A stretch of DNA of 64,000 bases from Terriglobia bacterium (GTDB taxonomy: Bacteria; Acidobacteriota; Terriglobia; 20CM-2-55-15), in contig CBDCLE010000025.1 in assembly GCA_965218585.1 (NCBI GenBank), forward strand, positions 1-64,000, in the 5' to 3' direction. Under the pieces are notes generated by a model, which saw nothing but the letters and a program-made list of their open reading frames with translations, had not been told where the DNA came from and ran no database searches. Numbering within the stretch: the first letter of the stretch is position 1; each line of letters starts with the position of its first letter. Shown here piece by piece: positions 1 to 8,457 of this stretch. A program made the translations under genes and the position numbers.

Positions 1-194
1 GCCAGTTCGGTTACAAGCAGACTCGACAAACAGGAAACCACCTGAGGTTGACGCGAACGACTGCTCAAGGCACTCACCACATCACGATTCCACAGCATAA
101 AAACCTCCGCGTGGGAACACTCAGCGCCATCCTGGGAGAAATTGCTAGCCATCTCGAAATCAGCAAAGCAGCACTACTGGACCAGATTCAGTAA
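1..194 (+). CDS. hicA: HicA-family type II toxin, 5'-partial at window edge (absent from ORF track)
   Basis: Frame 3 reads QFGYKQTRQTGNHLRLTRTTAQGTHHITIPQHKNLRVGTLSAILGEIASHLEISK..., stop TAA 192-194. RQ-G-x-H, TIP-H and GTL-IL pattern of HicA. Confidence 0.8.
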   Translation, partial: QFGYKQTRQTGNHLRLTRTTAQGTHHITIPQHKNLRVGTLSAILGEIASHLEISKAALLDQIQ

Positions 195-240
195 CAGGGA
201 GGGCGCTACCTGATATGGCACCCTCCGTTCCCTCCACTGT

Positions 241-702
241 ATGTCGTCAGAACATTTCGGCGATACCGCGGCGGCCAAACGCCTGTGCCGCAAGGCGCTG
301 AGGAATCCGTCGCATCGACAGCCCCGGGTTATCAATACGGACCAGGCGCCCCTCTACGGCTCTGCGATTTCAGGAGTGCAGCAGGAAGGAATCCTGCGAC
401 GCCGTTGCCGCCACCGGACTGTCCAATACTTGAACAACATCCTGGAGCAGCACCATCGGGCGATCAAACGACGAGTGAAGGCCAAGCAGGGCTTTCGTGA
501 ATTCCACGCGGCGCGGCGAACGATCCAGGGATATGATGCCATGCACATGATCCGGAAGGGTCAGGCGCGGTGGGTAAGCGGTTCGGATGTTCGGCAACAG
601 ATTCAGTTCATCAACAAGCTGTTCGAAGTGGCTGCATAAGACGGAGCCTGGTCGACCCACCCAGTCGCTCTCTTGCTGATTTTTGAAAGTTGCAACACAT
701 CC
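241..702 (+). mobile_element. IS6-family right-end remnant: C-terminal transposase fragment (241-639) plus right inverted repeat
   Basis: PRVINTDQAPLY...YLNNILEQHHRAIKRR...MHMIRKGQ is the IS6/IS240 DDE C-terminus. 686-702 reverse-complements to GGATGTGTTGCAACTTT, an IS6-type end. Confidence 0.85.
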
Positions 703-1148
703 GATTGAAACAGCCGCCGCATCTGGTTCCGCAAGCGGATGTGGACTCTGCCGCTGTTGCTGTAGATTCCCAAGGACCGCATGAACTCGGAGAGCGAATC
801 CCCGAGGATGAGTTCGCGGCTCTGGGTCTGGACGGCTTCGGTCGAGATACACGCCATCAGCAAGCGTGGCAAGTTTCCGAAGGGTAACTTCTGATTCGCT
901 CCTGCGAACATAACCAGTGTGAACGGTCCATTTTTGCGGACGTACTTTTCGCGGTCGCCTGGATTCGTTCGCGGCAATGAGCACAGCATCAGCAGCCGCG
1001 CCATGAAACCAAGGTCCGGATCGGCTTCACGCGCATCGACCAAGGCTTTGACTTGGTCGAGCATCCGGAATGGGCTCGGAGTCTTCAGCATGCGGACCCC
1101 GACCAGCACGGTGATGATAATTGTGATGATCTTTCGCGTCATTTCCAT
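703..1148 (-). pseudogene. Truncated plasmid replication initiator (RepA_C/IncW-like), cut by the IS6 end
   Basis: MLDQVKALVDAREADPDLGF...CSLPRTNPG...LRNQMRRLF aligns with the N-half of 3188-4171. Similarity stops at the IS6 repeat at 702. Confidence 0.8.
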
Positions 1149-1272
1149 TTCAGCGCACTCTCTTCAATCGGCTTCATAGTCCCCTTTACTCGATCGTCAT
1201 TCCGAATCAGGTCCGAATCAGAACGCCAAGGCTATACTGCCCACCGGTAGAACGAAGGAGATCCCCCATTCC

Positions 1273-1986
1273 ATGAGACGGTACATTGCATGCTGCTTGC
1301 TTATTCTCGGCTTACAAACAGTGTCCTACGCTCAATCTAGGACACACATTTTCCCTCACATTGCTGATGGGTTTTTTTCAAGCGGCCGGTACTACACGTC
1401 AACGATTGCAGCGGCCCCTTGGCTCTCTGGTGATGCAACGTGCGCGGTCAACATACAGGGACTCGAAGCCAATTTCGGATCGGGCAGGACCAACTCGTTT
1501 ACATTTCAAATGCCTGAAGACGGCTATTGGATCGAATCGACCGATGGTAGACAGCCTATAGCGACTGGATATGCAGTAATGGAGTGCGACGCGTATGTGA
1601 ACGCCCATCTCGTTTTCAGTTACTACACACCAGACGGCCAACTACTCGGAGAGGCCACGGCGTTTTCGTCAGAAGAGGGGTTTTCCTATACTGCGGATTT
1701 CCTTGTCGATATGTCTGGCGGTGCTGGATTCGGAGTAGCGATAGCGAACCTGAGAAGTCTTCCATCTGATTTTGCGCTGACATTCAAGTCGGCTGGAAGA
1801 GACGACATCACCGCTACTATTACCGTTCCAGCGCGGTCAAATCGGGCCTTCTTCCTTGATGATCAGATGGCCATGCCCTGCGGCTCAAAGGGCATTCTCG
1901 AAATCAGGAACGAAGTATTCGAGAATTTCGGAACGGTCGGACTGAGATTTGTAGGGGAAGTGTTCTCTACGGTCCCGGCCAACTAA
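1273..1986 (+). CDS. Secreted hypothetical protein
   Basis: 237-aa ORF, AAGGAG upstream, signal peptide MRRYIACCLLILGLQTVSYA, beta-rich. HIFPHIADG / GFGVAIAN motifs resemble the C-terminal repeats of 20978-23914. Confidence 0.75.
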   Translation: MRRYIACCLLILGLQTVSYAQSRTHIFPHIADGFFSSGRYYTSTIAAAPWLSGDATCAVNIQGLEANFGSGRTNSFTFQMPEDGYWIESTDGRQPIATGYAVMECDAYVNAHLVFSYYTPDGQLLGEATAFSSEEGFSYTADFLVDMSGGAGFGVAIANLRSLPSDFALTFKSAGRDDITATITVPARSNRAFFLDDQMAMPCGSKGILEIRNEVFENFGTVGLRFVGEVFSTVPAN

Positions 1987-2055
1987 GTAATTCTCCACGC
2001 CGTTGCGGCTCAAGCCCCTATCAGGTCCGAACACCACAGGGACAGCGCCTTCGGC

Positions 2056-2160
2056 GGTTGTGTTGCAACTTTGGCGGACGGCGGCTGGTAACCTGAAGAG
2101 ATCATGAAAGAGACAATCCGACCGGCGATTTTCAAGTGGCGACAAACCGAGCCCGAGCTG
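2056..2160 (+). mobile_element. IS6-family left-end remnant (IR plus first ~19 codons of transposase)
   Basis: GGTTGTGTTGCAACTTT at 2056-2072 matches the repeat at 686-702 at 16/17 nt. ATG 2104 reads MKETIRPAIFKWRQTEPEL, like the IS6 N-terminal FKWR motif. Confidence 0.7.
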
Positions 2161-2307
2161 CGTCGCGCTGCAGGTCCAGCGATTGGGGCCATCCGCTTTT
2201 GAGACGCGAGCGTATTCATGGCCATCAGCGATCCATAGTGAAACTGAGACATTACCGTTCCTCAATTCGCATTGCAGTAAAAACATAAATAATGTTATAC
2301 AGAATTA

Positions 2308-2985
2308 ATGATCTACGCTTTTCTGAGCCAGAAGGGCGGTGTGGGTAAGACCACCCTGTCAATTCATCTTGCCGACGCTCTGGCCCGACGTGGGTCCCGC
2401 GTCCTGCTCATCGACGCAGACCCCCAGCAAAGCGCGATGAAGTGGTCCACCTTTCGGGCGGGCGAGAACAAATTCAGCGTCATAGCCATGGCCAAGCCGA
2501 CCCTACACAAGGAGCTAGCGCCGATCTATGCCGACTACAGCGATGTCGTCATCGACGGTCCGCCCCGAGTTCACGACCTAGCGAAGTCCATCATCTTGGC
2601 CGCAGATGTGGTCGTCATTCCTGTGCAGCCCTCACCGCCGGACGTTTGGGCCACCGCTGAGACTGTGGACCTTGTCAACGAGGCACGTATCTTCAAAGAA
2701 AATCTGAAATCTGCAATAGCGATTAATCGTAAAATCGTAAATACTGCTAGCGGGCGTGATGTACGCGAAGCCCTGTCGATGCTGAACACACCCATCCTTC
2801 AAGCCGACATATCACAACGCGTCGTTTTCGCCGAGGCTTTCGCCACAGGTAAAACTGTCTCCGACATCGACCAACACAGCCTTGCTACGCGCGAGGTCGA
2901 TGCTTTTGTGACCGAACTTGTGAGGGACTATGAGCAAAAAAGTAGCCATGAACGCTCGGCCGAAGGTCGTGTTGCCAGAAGCTGA
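2308..2985 (+). CDS. parA: ParA/ParF-type partition ATPase
   Basis: Deviant Walker [24 protein letters not shown]. Short protein with no N-terminal HTH (type Ib). Confidence 0.92.
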   Translation: MIYAFLSQKGGVGKTTLSIHLADALARRGSRVLLIDADPQQSAMKWSTFRAGENKFSVIAMAKPTLHKELAPIYADYSDVVIDGPPRVHDLAKSIILAADVVVIPVQPSPPDVWATAETVDLVNEARIFKENLKSAIAINRKIVNTASGRDVREALSMLNTPILQADISQRVVFAEAFATGKTVSDIDQHSLATREVDAFVTELVRDYEQKSSHERSAEGRVARS

Positions 2986-3178
2986 CAAATGGGTCAGCCA
3001 ACAGGCCTCACCAGCCCCTCGCCCTACTAAGCGTTTGACCGTGGACGTCCCCGAGGATAACCACGCCCGCTTCAAAGCCTTCTGCGCCATGCGTAAGACC
3101 AAAATGGCCGAGGAGATCAACGCCTTCATCCAGCGCCGCCTCACTGAGGCGGGAGAACAGGAAGGCCAAAGGGAATGA
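2930..3178 (+). CDS. ParG-like ribbon-helix-helix centromere-binding protein
   Basis: 82 aa overlapping the parA end. [21 protein letters not shown] is an RHH beta-strand/helix pattern. Confidence 0.75.
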   Translation: MSKKVAMNARPKVVLPEADKWVSQQASPAPRPTKRLTVDVPEDNHARFKAFCAMRKTKMAEEINAFIQRRLTEAGEQEGQRE

Positions 3179-3187
3179 GGGGAAAGC

Positions 3188-4171
3188 ATGGAGCGTAAAC
3201 GAGCCGGGTTGACTTCGATTGGGGAAACTTTCACCGGCCTCGCCAGGCCGGTGAAAGAACTCCACGAAGCATCGCCCCAGGCGCGGAACCACTTCAAGAT
3301 GCTCGACCAAATCAACGCCTTGGTAGATGCGCGTGACGCCGATCCGGACCTCGGTTTCGTGGGACGGTTGATGGCGCTGTGCAGCTTGCCGCGGACGAAT
3401 CCAGGCAACGACCGGTACCAGTACATCCGGCGGAATGGGCCGTTCACGTTGATCCTGTCCCGAACAGGCAAGTATGGATTGCCCTACGGCACACTATCGC
3501 GCATCTTGATAGCTTGGGTCTGCACCGAAGCGGTCCAGACCCAGAGCCGCGAACTTGTCCTCGGAGATTCGCTCTCTGAGTTCATGCGGACGTTGGGAAT
3601 CTACAACAGTGGTGGCCACCCACAGATGCGCCTCAAGAACCAGATAGACCGGCTGTTCAATGCGAGCGTTGGGCTGGTCTACGAGCACGATCACGGCGAG
3701 GCCAGCCTCCACTCGGCGATCGCCGATCGGACGGAGTTCTGGTGGAACCCCAAGCGGCCCGATGAGCCGGTCCTGTTTGAAAGCAAGATCGAGTTAGGCG
3801 AGAAGTTCTTCAACGAAATCATCCACAATCCAGTGCCGCTGGACATGAACATTCTCGGGGCGCTGAAGCGCTCGCCGCTCGGCCTCGATCTGTACATGTG
3901 GCTCACCTACCGGACGTTTGGTCTCGATAGCCCGAAGCGGCTGTCCTGGCCGATACTCTACCGGCAGTTCGGGGCGGACCCGGACAGAGCGAGCGACAAG
4001 CGCACGGTTGACTACTTCCGCGCCGACTGTCTCCGGGAGTTGAAGAAGATCAAGACGGCCTGGCCGGGTCTGGAATACCGCATCGAGCGCGGCCACCGGC
4101 ACGAAAAGACCGGGGCATTGGTTCTGCTGCCGTCCGCGCCGCAGATCCCGCCCCTCACGCTCGTCACGTAG
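3188..4171 (+). CDS. repA: Plasmid-encoded replication initiator RepA (RepA_C/IncW-like)
   Basis: CSLP, GLPYG, SLSEFMR, QIDRLF and SPLGLDLYMWLTYR motifs. Directly follows the par genes. Confidence 0.85.
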   Translation: MERKRAGLTSIGETFTGLARPVKELHEASPQARNHFKMLDQINALVDARDADPDLGFVGRLMALCSLPRTNPGNDRYQYIRRNGPFTLILSRTGKYGLPYGTLSRILIAWVCTEAVQTQSRELVLGDSLSEFMRTLGIYNSGGHPQMRLKNQIDRLFNASVGLVYEHDHGEASLHSAIADRTEFWWNPKRPDEPVLFESKIELGEKFFNEIIHNPVPLDMNILGALKRSPLGLDLYMWLTYRTFGLDSPKRLSWPILYRQFGADPDRASDKRTVDYFRADCLRELKKIKTAWPGLEYRIERGHRHEKTGALVLLPSAPQIPPLTLVT

Positions 4172-4319
4172 CTGAGGGTCGCGCAGGAGCGCCGTTCAGT
4201 CCTCGGGACGATTCGCCTCTCTGCCAGCGATTGCAGAAGCCCCTCGTAGGACCCCTGTGAGAGGCCGTTTCCACAGCCCCTTGTGATTTCGCGGAGTTTT
4301 CCACGGTCTAACACCCGGA

Positions 4320-6212
4320 TGGTCAGCGACAATCAAAACTCCCGGCCGTATTGCCTCATTTAAAAATGTTACCGAACTGAGGGTTGTTGCCTCATTAGAA
4401 ATGTTACCGAACGACCGGTCAAACGGGAGAGTTCTTCCCGCCGTCGAGGCTGTGGGAAAGTGGGAAACTCTTCGAGTTTCCCAAGGTCGCGGGGCGACCG
4501 CCTTTTCCACAGCCCCCGTCGCCCGCAGATGCTGAAGCCGGGCGGACCCGATCCAGTTCGAGCCACTCGCCATCGAAAGTCTCCAGAATCTGACGCCGCC
4601 ATTCGCGCACGCGCCGCTGCAGGGTCCGTAACTGACCGTTGGGGTAACGTCCCGGGCGCCGCTGCTGAAGCTCAAGCAACAGCGACTTTGATGTTCGCCC
4701 GGGATCGGATTCAAGCCATGACCGCATCTCCTCCCAGACGCCGTCGAACGGGTCCGGGCGAGTACGCCAGGTGTGGGGCACAGGTTGTTTCCGTGTTTTG
4801 CGATACCGACGCGTGATTCGTTGCTCGAAGCCGGGATCGGGGAGTTCCGCCTCAATCGGGGCTCGGTCTGCATCTGCGTCGCAGTTCGGGGACACAAGGG
4901 CGGCGCGCACGATGTCGTCCGTTAGCGTGGGAGAGGCCAGTTCCTTCGCATGTCTCCAGAATGCATCCTGGAGTTTCTCAAGCTGTCGTAGGAGATCGAC
5001 CGGATCCGAACGTTCATAAATCGCAGCAAGGCGAACGCGAACCTCCGGGTCGAGCGCATCCGAATTCGAGAGCCGTTGATAGGGTGTTTGCGCGATATCG
5101 TAGCGTTTCGTCACCCGGGATCCATCGCGAGTCTTCGTCGTGAGCTTCATGGACGGCTGGAAGAAGTTCACGTAGAGCCGGACCACTCGGTAGAGCTCGG
5201 CAAGCTGCCTGTATGCCAGTGAGCCTTCGTAGCGGTCGTAGCCGACCAATTGGCGGACGATCGAGCCGTTCTTCTGTTCGACGAAGCACTGGTCGTTCTT
5301 CCGGCGCGCCCGGCCTCGGGTGAATTGAATCGTTTCACGCTCGCAGTAGGCGAGGAGTCCGTAGTTCATGAACTCGGAACCGTTATCCGTGTCCAGGCCG
5401 ACAAGCTGAAACGGAAGGATCTGCCGTGCCGTCGTGAGCGCCTGCAGAATGTCCGCCTCCGTACGCCGTAGCAACGCCAGACATTCGGTCCAGCCGGTCG
5501 CCACGTCGGTCAGTACCAGGGTGTGGAGGAAAGGGCCTTCCGAGTTCCCGCCGCAGTGTGCAACCAAGTCCGCTTCCATGAATCCCGGCCGCGTGTCCGC
5601 CCAGTCGGCGAATGTGCGAATCGGAACGCGGTGTTTGAGTAACTGTCCGGACTTGGTGGTGGTCTTGCCGTGCGGTCGATGATCGAATCGGAATTGACGG
5701 AAGATCCGATCAGCCGTGGCGGCGCTCAGCTCAAGCAGATCCGCCCGCGTTTTATCAGACAATGACAGATGCCCGTGACGCTCCATGGTCGGGATCAGCT
5801 CCGGCAGAAACGGAACGAGCCGTTTGCCACAGACATCATTGACTGTGCGCCAGGCCGCGATCAGGGCGGCCTGCACCGCGGGGCCGTATCGACGGACCCG
5901 GCCGCGCGGTTGCCGTCGGGGCCGTTCGCCCCTCAGAATGTCGTTCAGAAGCCGTGTCGCGTGCTTCCGATGGAACCCGGTCGATTCAAGGAACTCATCC
6001 AGGATTCGCTTCTTCTCCGGTCGCGCCGCATTCTTGTAGCGAACCGCCGTTCGTAGAGCTAATTCTCGCCTTGCCGCAACAGTCATGTGTGTCCTCACTT
6101 CCCACCTCCGTTCTCATAGAGTTGGGTAACATTTCTAATGAGGCAACAACCCTCAGTTCGGTAACATTTTCAATGAGTCAATGCGGCCGGGAGTTTTGAT
6201 TGTCGCTGATCA
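4320..6212 (-). mobile_element. Insertion sequence with ~88-bp terminal inverted repeats (TG...CA)
   Basis: 4320-4408 and 6125-6212 are near-perfect inverted repeats starting TG(G/A)TCAGCGACAATCAAAACTCCCGGCCG. Each holds two TTGCCTCATT-x-AAATGTTACC-type units. No target duplication seen. Confidence 0.88.
4419..6098 (-). CDS. rve-type DDE transposase (IS481/ISNCY-like) with C-terminal IstA-like HTH
   Basis: EADLVAHCG, LTDVATGWTE, DTDNGSEF and KNDQCFVEQKN motifs. C-terminal RTRPDPF...LRTLQRRVREWR. Confidence 0.9.
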   Translation of the reverse strand: MRTHMTVAARRELALRTAVRYKNAARPEKKRILDEFLESTGFHRKHATRLLNDILRGERPRRQPRGRVRRYGPAVQAALIAAWRTVNDVCGKRLVPFLPELIPTMERHGHLSLSDKTRADLLELSAATADRIFRQFRFDHRPHGKTTTKSGQLLKHRVPIRTFADWADTRPGFMEADLVAHCGGNSEGPFLHTLVLTDVATGWTECLALLRRTEADILQALTTARQILPFQLVGLDTDNGSEFMNYGLLAYCERETIQFTRGRARRKNDQCFVEQKNGSIVRQLVGYDRYEGSLAYRQLAELYRVVRLYVNFFQPSMKLTTKTRDGSRVTKRYDIAQTPYQRLSNSDALDPEVRVRLAAIYERSDPVDLLRQLEKLQDAFWRHAKELASPTLTDDIVRAALVSPNCDADADRAPIEAELPDPGFEQRITRRYRKTRKQPVPHTWRTRPDPFDGVWEEMRSWLESDPGRTSKSLLLELQQRRPGRYPNGQLRTLQRRVREWRRQILETFDGEWLELDRVRPASASAGDGGCGKGGRPATLGNSKSFPLSHSLDGGKNSPV

Positions 6213-7536
6213 GGGCGGTGACGCTCGGGGCATAGTTACGCGTGACATGGTCACGGGGAAGATCGAATCATATGCGGCTGACGCTGTTGTCCTGTGCACT
6301 GGCGGCTACGGCAACGTGTTCTATCTTTCGACCAACGCCAAAGGATGCAACACGACGGCTATTTGGCGCGCCTACAAGCGCGGGGCCGCTCTAGCCAACC
6401 CGTGCTTTACTCAAATCCATCCAACCTGTATTCCCGTATCGGGCGAGCACCAATCGAAGCTCACCTTAATGAGTGAGCCCCTCCGTAACGATGGACGTAT
6501 CTGGGTGCCGCTGAACAAAGGGGACACACGATCTCCTGCGGAAATCCCCGAGGCAGAGCGTGATTATTATCTGGAACGCAGGTATCCCAGCTTCGGAAAT
6601 CTTGTGCCGCGCGACGTGGCTTCCCGTGCGGCGAAGGCAGTCTGTGACGAAGGCCTCGGCGTCGGTTCGACGGGGTTGGGCGTATATCTGGATTTCTCCG
6701 ATGCTATCCATCGCCTCGGCGAGGAAACAATTCGTGAACGCTACGGCAACCTTTTCCAGATGTATGCACGCATCACGAATGAGGATCCTTACAAGTCACC
6801 GATGCGAATCTATCCGGCTGTGCATTACGTTATGGGCGGACTCTGGGTCGACTACCACTTGATGAGTACCATCCCGGGACTGTTTGTTGCCGGAGAAGCA
6901 AACTTTTCCGATCATGGAGGCAACCGGCTCGGAGCCAGCGCGCTGATGCAGGGTCTGGCCGACGGATACTTCATCATCCCCTACACAATCGGTGACTATC
7001 TGGCACGGTCGGGTTCCGCTAGGATCGAAACTGACGACGACGAGTTCAAACGCGTCGAGAAAGAGGTGAAGGAGCGAACCGAAAAGCTTCTGGCGATCCG
7101 GGGAACGCGTACCGTCGACAGCTTCCACCGTGAACTAGGTAAACTCATGTGGAGTTATTGTGGGATGTCCCGCGACGCCCAGGGTCTCAGACATGGGCTC
7201 GAGAAGATAGCTTCCCTGCGCCAGCAATACTGGGAGGATGTCCGCGTACTCGGATCCAGCGAGGAACTCAATCAGTCCCTCGAACGCGCAGGCCGCGTCG
7301 CTGACTTCCTTGAGTTGGCAGAACTGATGTGCCGCGATGCGCTGGAGAGGAACGAGTCGTGCGGTTCCCACTTCCGTCAGGAACACCAGACGCCGGACGG
7401 AGAAGCTTTGCGGAATGACGAGACCTTTTCCCACGTTGCGGCGTGGGAGTACAAGTGAGAAAACGAAATCCCCGTACTGCACAAGGAGCCGCTCTCTTTC
7501 GAGTTTGTCACTCCGACACAGAGGAGTTACCGGTAG
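6213..7536 (+). pseudogene. sdhA: Succinate dehydrogenase/fumarate reductase flavoprotein (SdhCAB type), 5'-truncated, with in-frame TGA
   Basis: Starts mid-protein (ARGIVTRD...[13 protein letters not shown]) at the IS end. QIHPT, HYVMGGL and NRLGAS motifs. After TGA 7456-7458 the same frame continues [25 protein letters not shown] to TAG 7534-7536. Confidence 0.88.
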
Positions 7537-8312
7537 TGGATTTGACGCTCCAGGTATGGCGCCAGAGGAACCGAGAGGAATCGGGCGCGTTCGTGACCTA
7601 CCCGGCCCGCGGCATCAGTCCCGATATGTCGTTTTTGGAAATGTTGGATGGCGTCAATGAGAACTTGATCCTGAAGGGTGAAAGCCCGATCGCCTTCGAT
7701 CATGACTGCCGCGAAGGAATCTGTGGAGCGTGTGGAGTCGTCATCAACGGGAACCCCCACGGTCCTTCTCGGGCGACAACCACCTGTCAGCTCCACATGC
7801 GGCTGTTCCGGGATGGCGATACGATCACAATTGAACCTTGGAGAGCCAAGGCTTTTCCTGTCATCAAGGATCTGGTCGTAGATCGGCAAGCATTCGATCG
7901 GATCATTCAAGCCGGGGGCTTTGTATCGATCTCAGCCGGCAGCGCGCCGGAAGCCAACGCTATACCGATACCGAAGGAAACTGCCGAACTGGCGATGGAT
8001 GCGGCGTCCTGCATCGGGTGCGGGGCTTGCGTCGCCGCTTGCCCCAATGCGCCTGCCATGCTCTTCTCCGCAGCTAAAATATCTCATCTTGGTCTTTTGC
8101 CTCAAGGCCAGCCCGAGCGCTATGAACGCGCACTGAAGATGGTTGCCACAATGGACGAGGAGATGTTCGGAGCTTGCACAAACACCGGTGAATGTGAGGC
8201 TGCCTGCCCGAAAGAGATATCGATCGAGTGGATCGCGCGCATGAACAAGGATCATTTGAAAGCGACACTCACATCGCGCTCCAAGACTGCGCAGGCGTCG
8301 AAATCGATGTGA
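7536..8312 (+). CDS. sdhB: Succinate dehydrogenase/fumarate reductase Fe-S subunit
   Basis: [21 protein letters not shown] and [12 protein letters not shown] clusters. GTG start overlaps the sdhA stop. Confidence 0.9.
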   Translation: MDLTLQVWRQRNREESGAFVTYPARGISPDMSFLEMLDGVNENLILKGESPIAFDHDCREGICGACGVVINGNPHGPSRATTTCQLHMRLFRDGDTITIEPWRAKAFPVIKDLVVDRQAFDRIIQAGGFVSISAGSAPEANAIPIPKETAELAMDAASCIGCGACVAACPNAPAMLFSAAKISHLGLLPQGQPERYERALKMVATMDEEMFGACTNTGECEAACPKEISIEWIARMNKDHLKATLTSRSKTAQASKSM

Positions 8313-8366
8313 TTTTAAGACCAAACCTCAACACTCCATTCAATTCGCCGCCCCGGAACCGACCGC

Positions 8367-8396
8367 TTGACAAAGACACGTGACAACGTGTAGATT
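8367..8396 (+). promoter_or_regulatory. Sigma70-like promoter of frd operon
   Basis: TTGACA (8367-8372), 18 nt, TAGATT (8391-8396). Palindrome ACACGT-N4-ACGTGT at 8376-8391. Confidence 0.55.
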
Positions 8397-8457
8397 CTCG
8401 ACGGTTTTCTATCGAAACAGCAGTACTATGCATGGTTTCATAGTGCGCGGAGGGGTA

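Noticed and set aside
1201-1221. TCCGAATCAG direct repeat as plasmid iterons
   Set aside because: Only two 10-bp copies, too few and too short to call an origin.
6181-6212. ATG at 6181 as the sdhA start
   Set aside because: It lies inside the IS terminal repeat, and the FAD-binding N-terminus of SdhA is missing.
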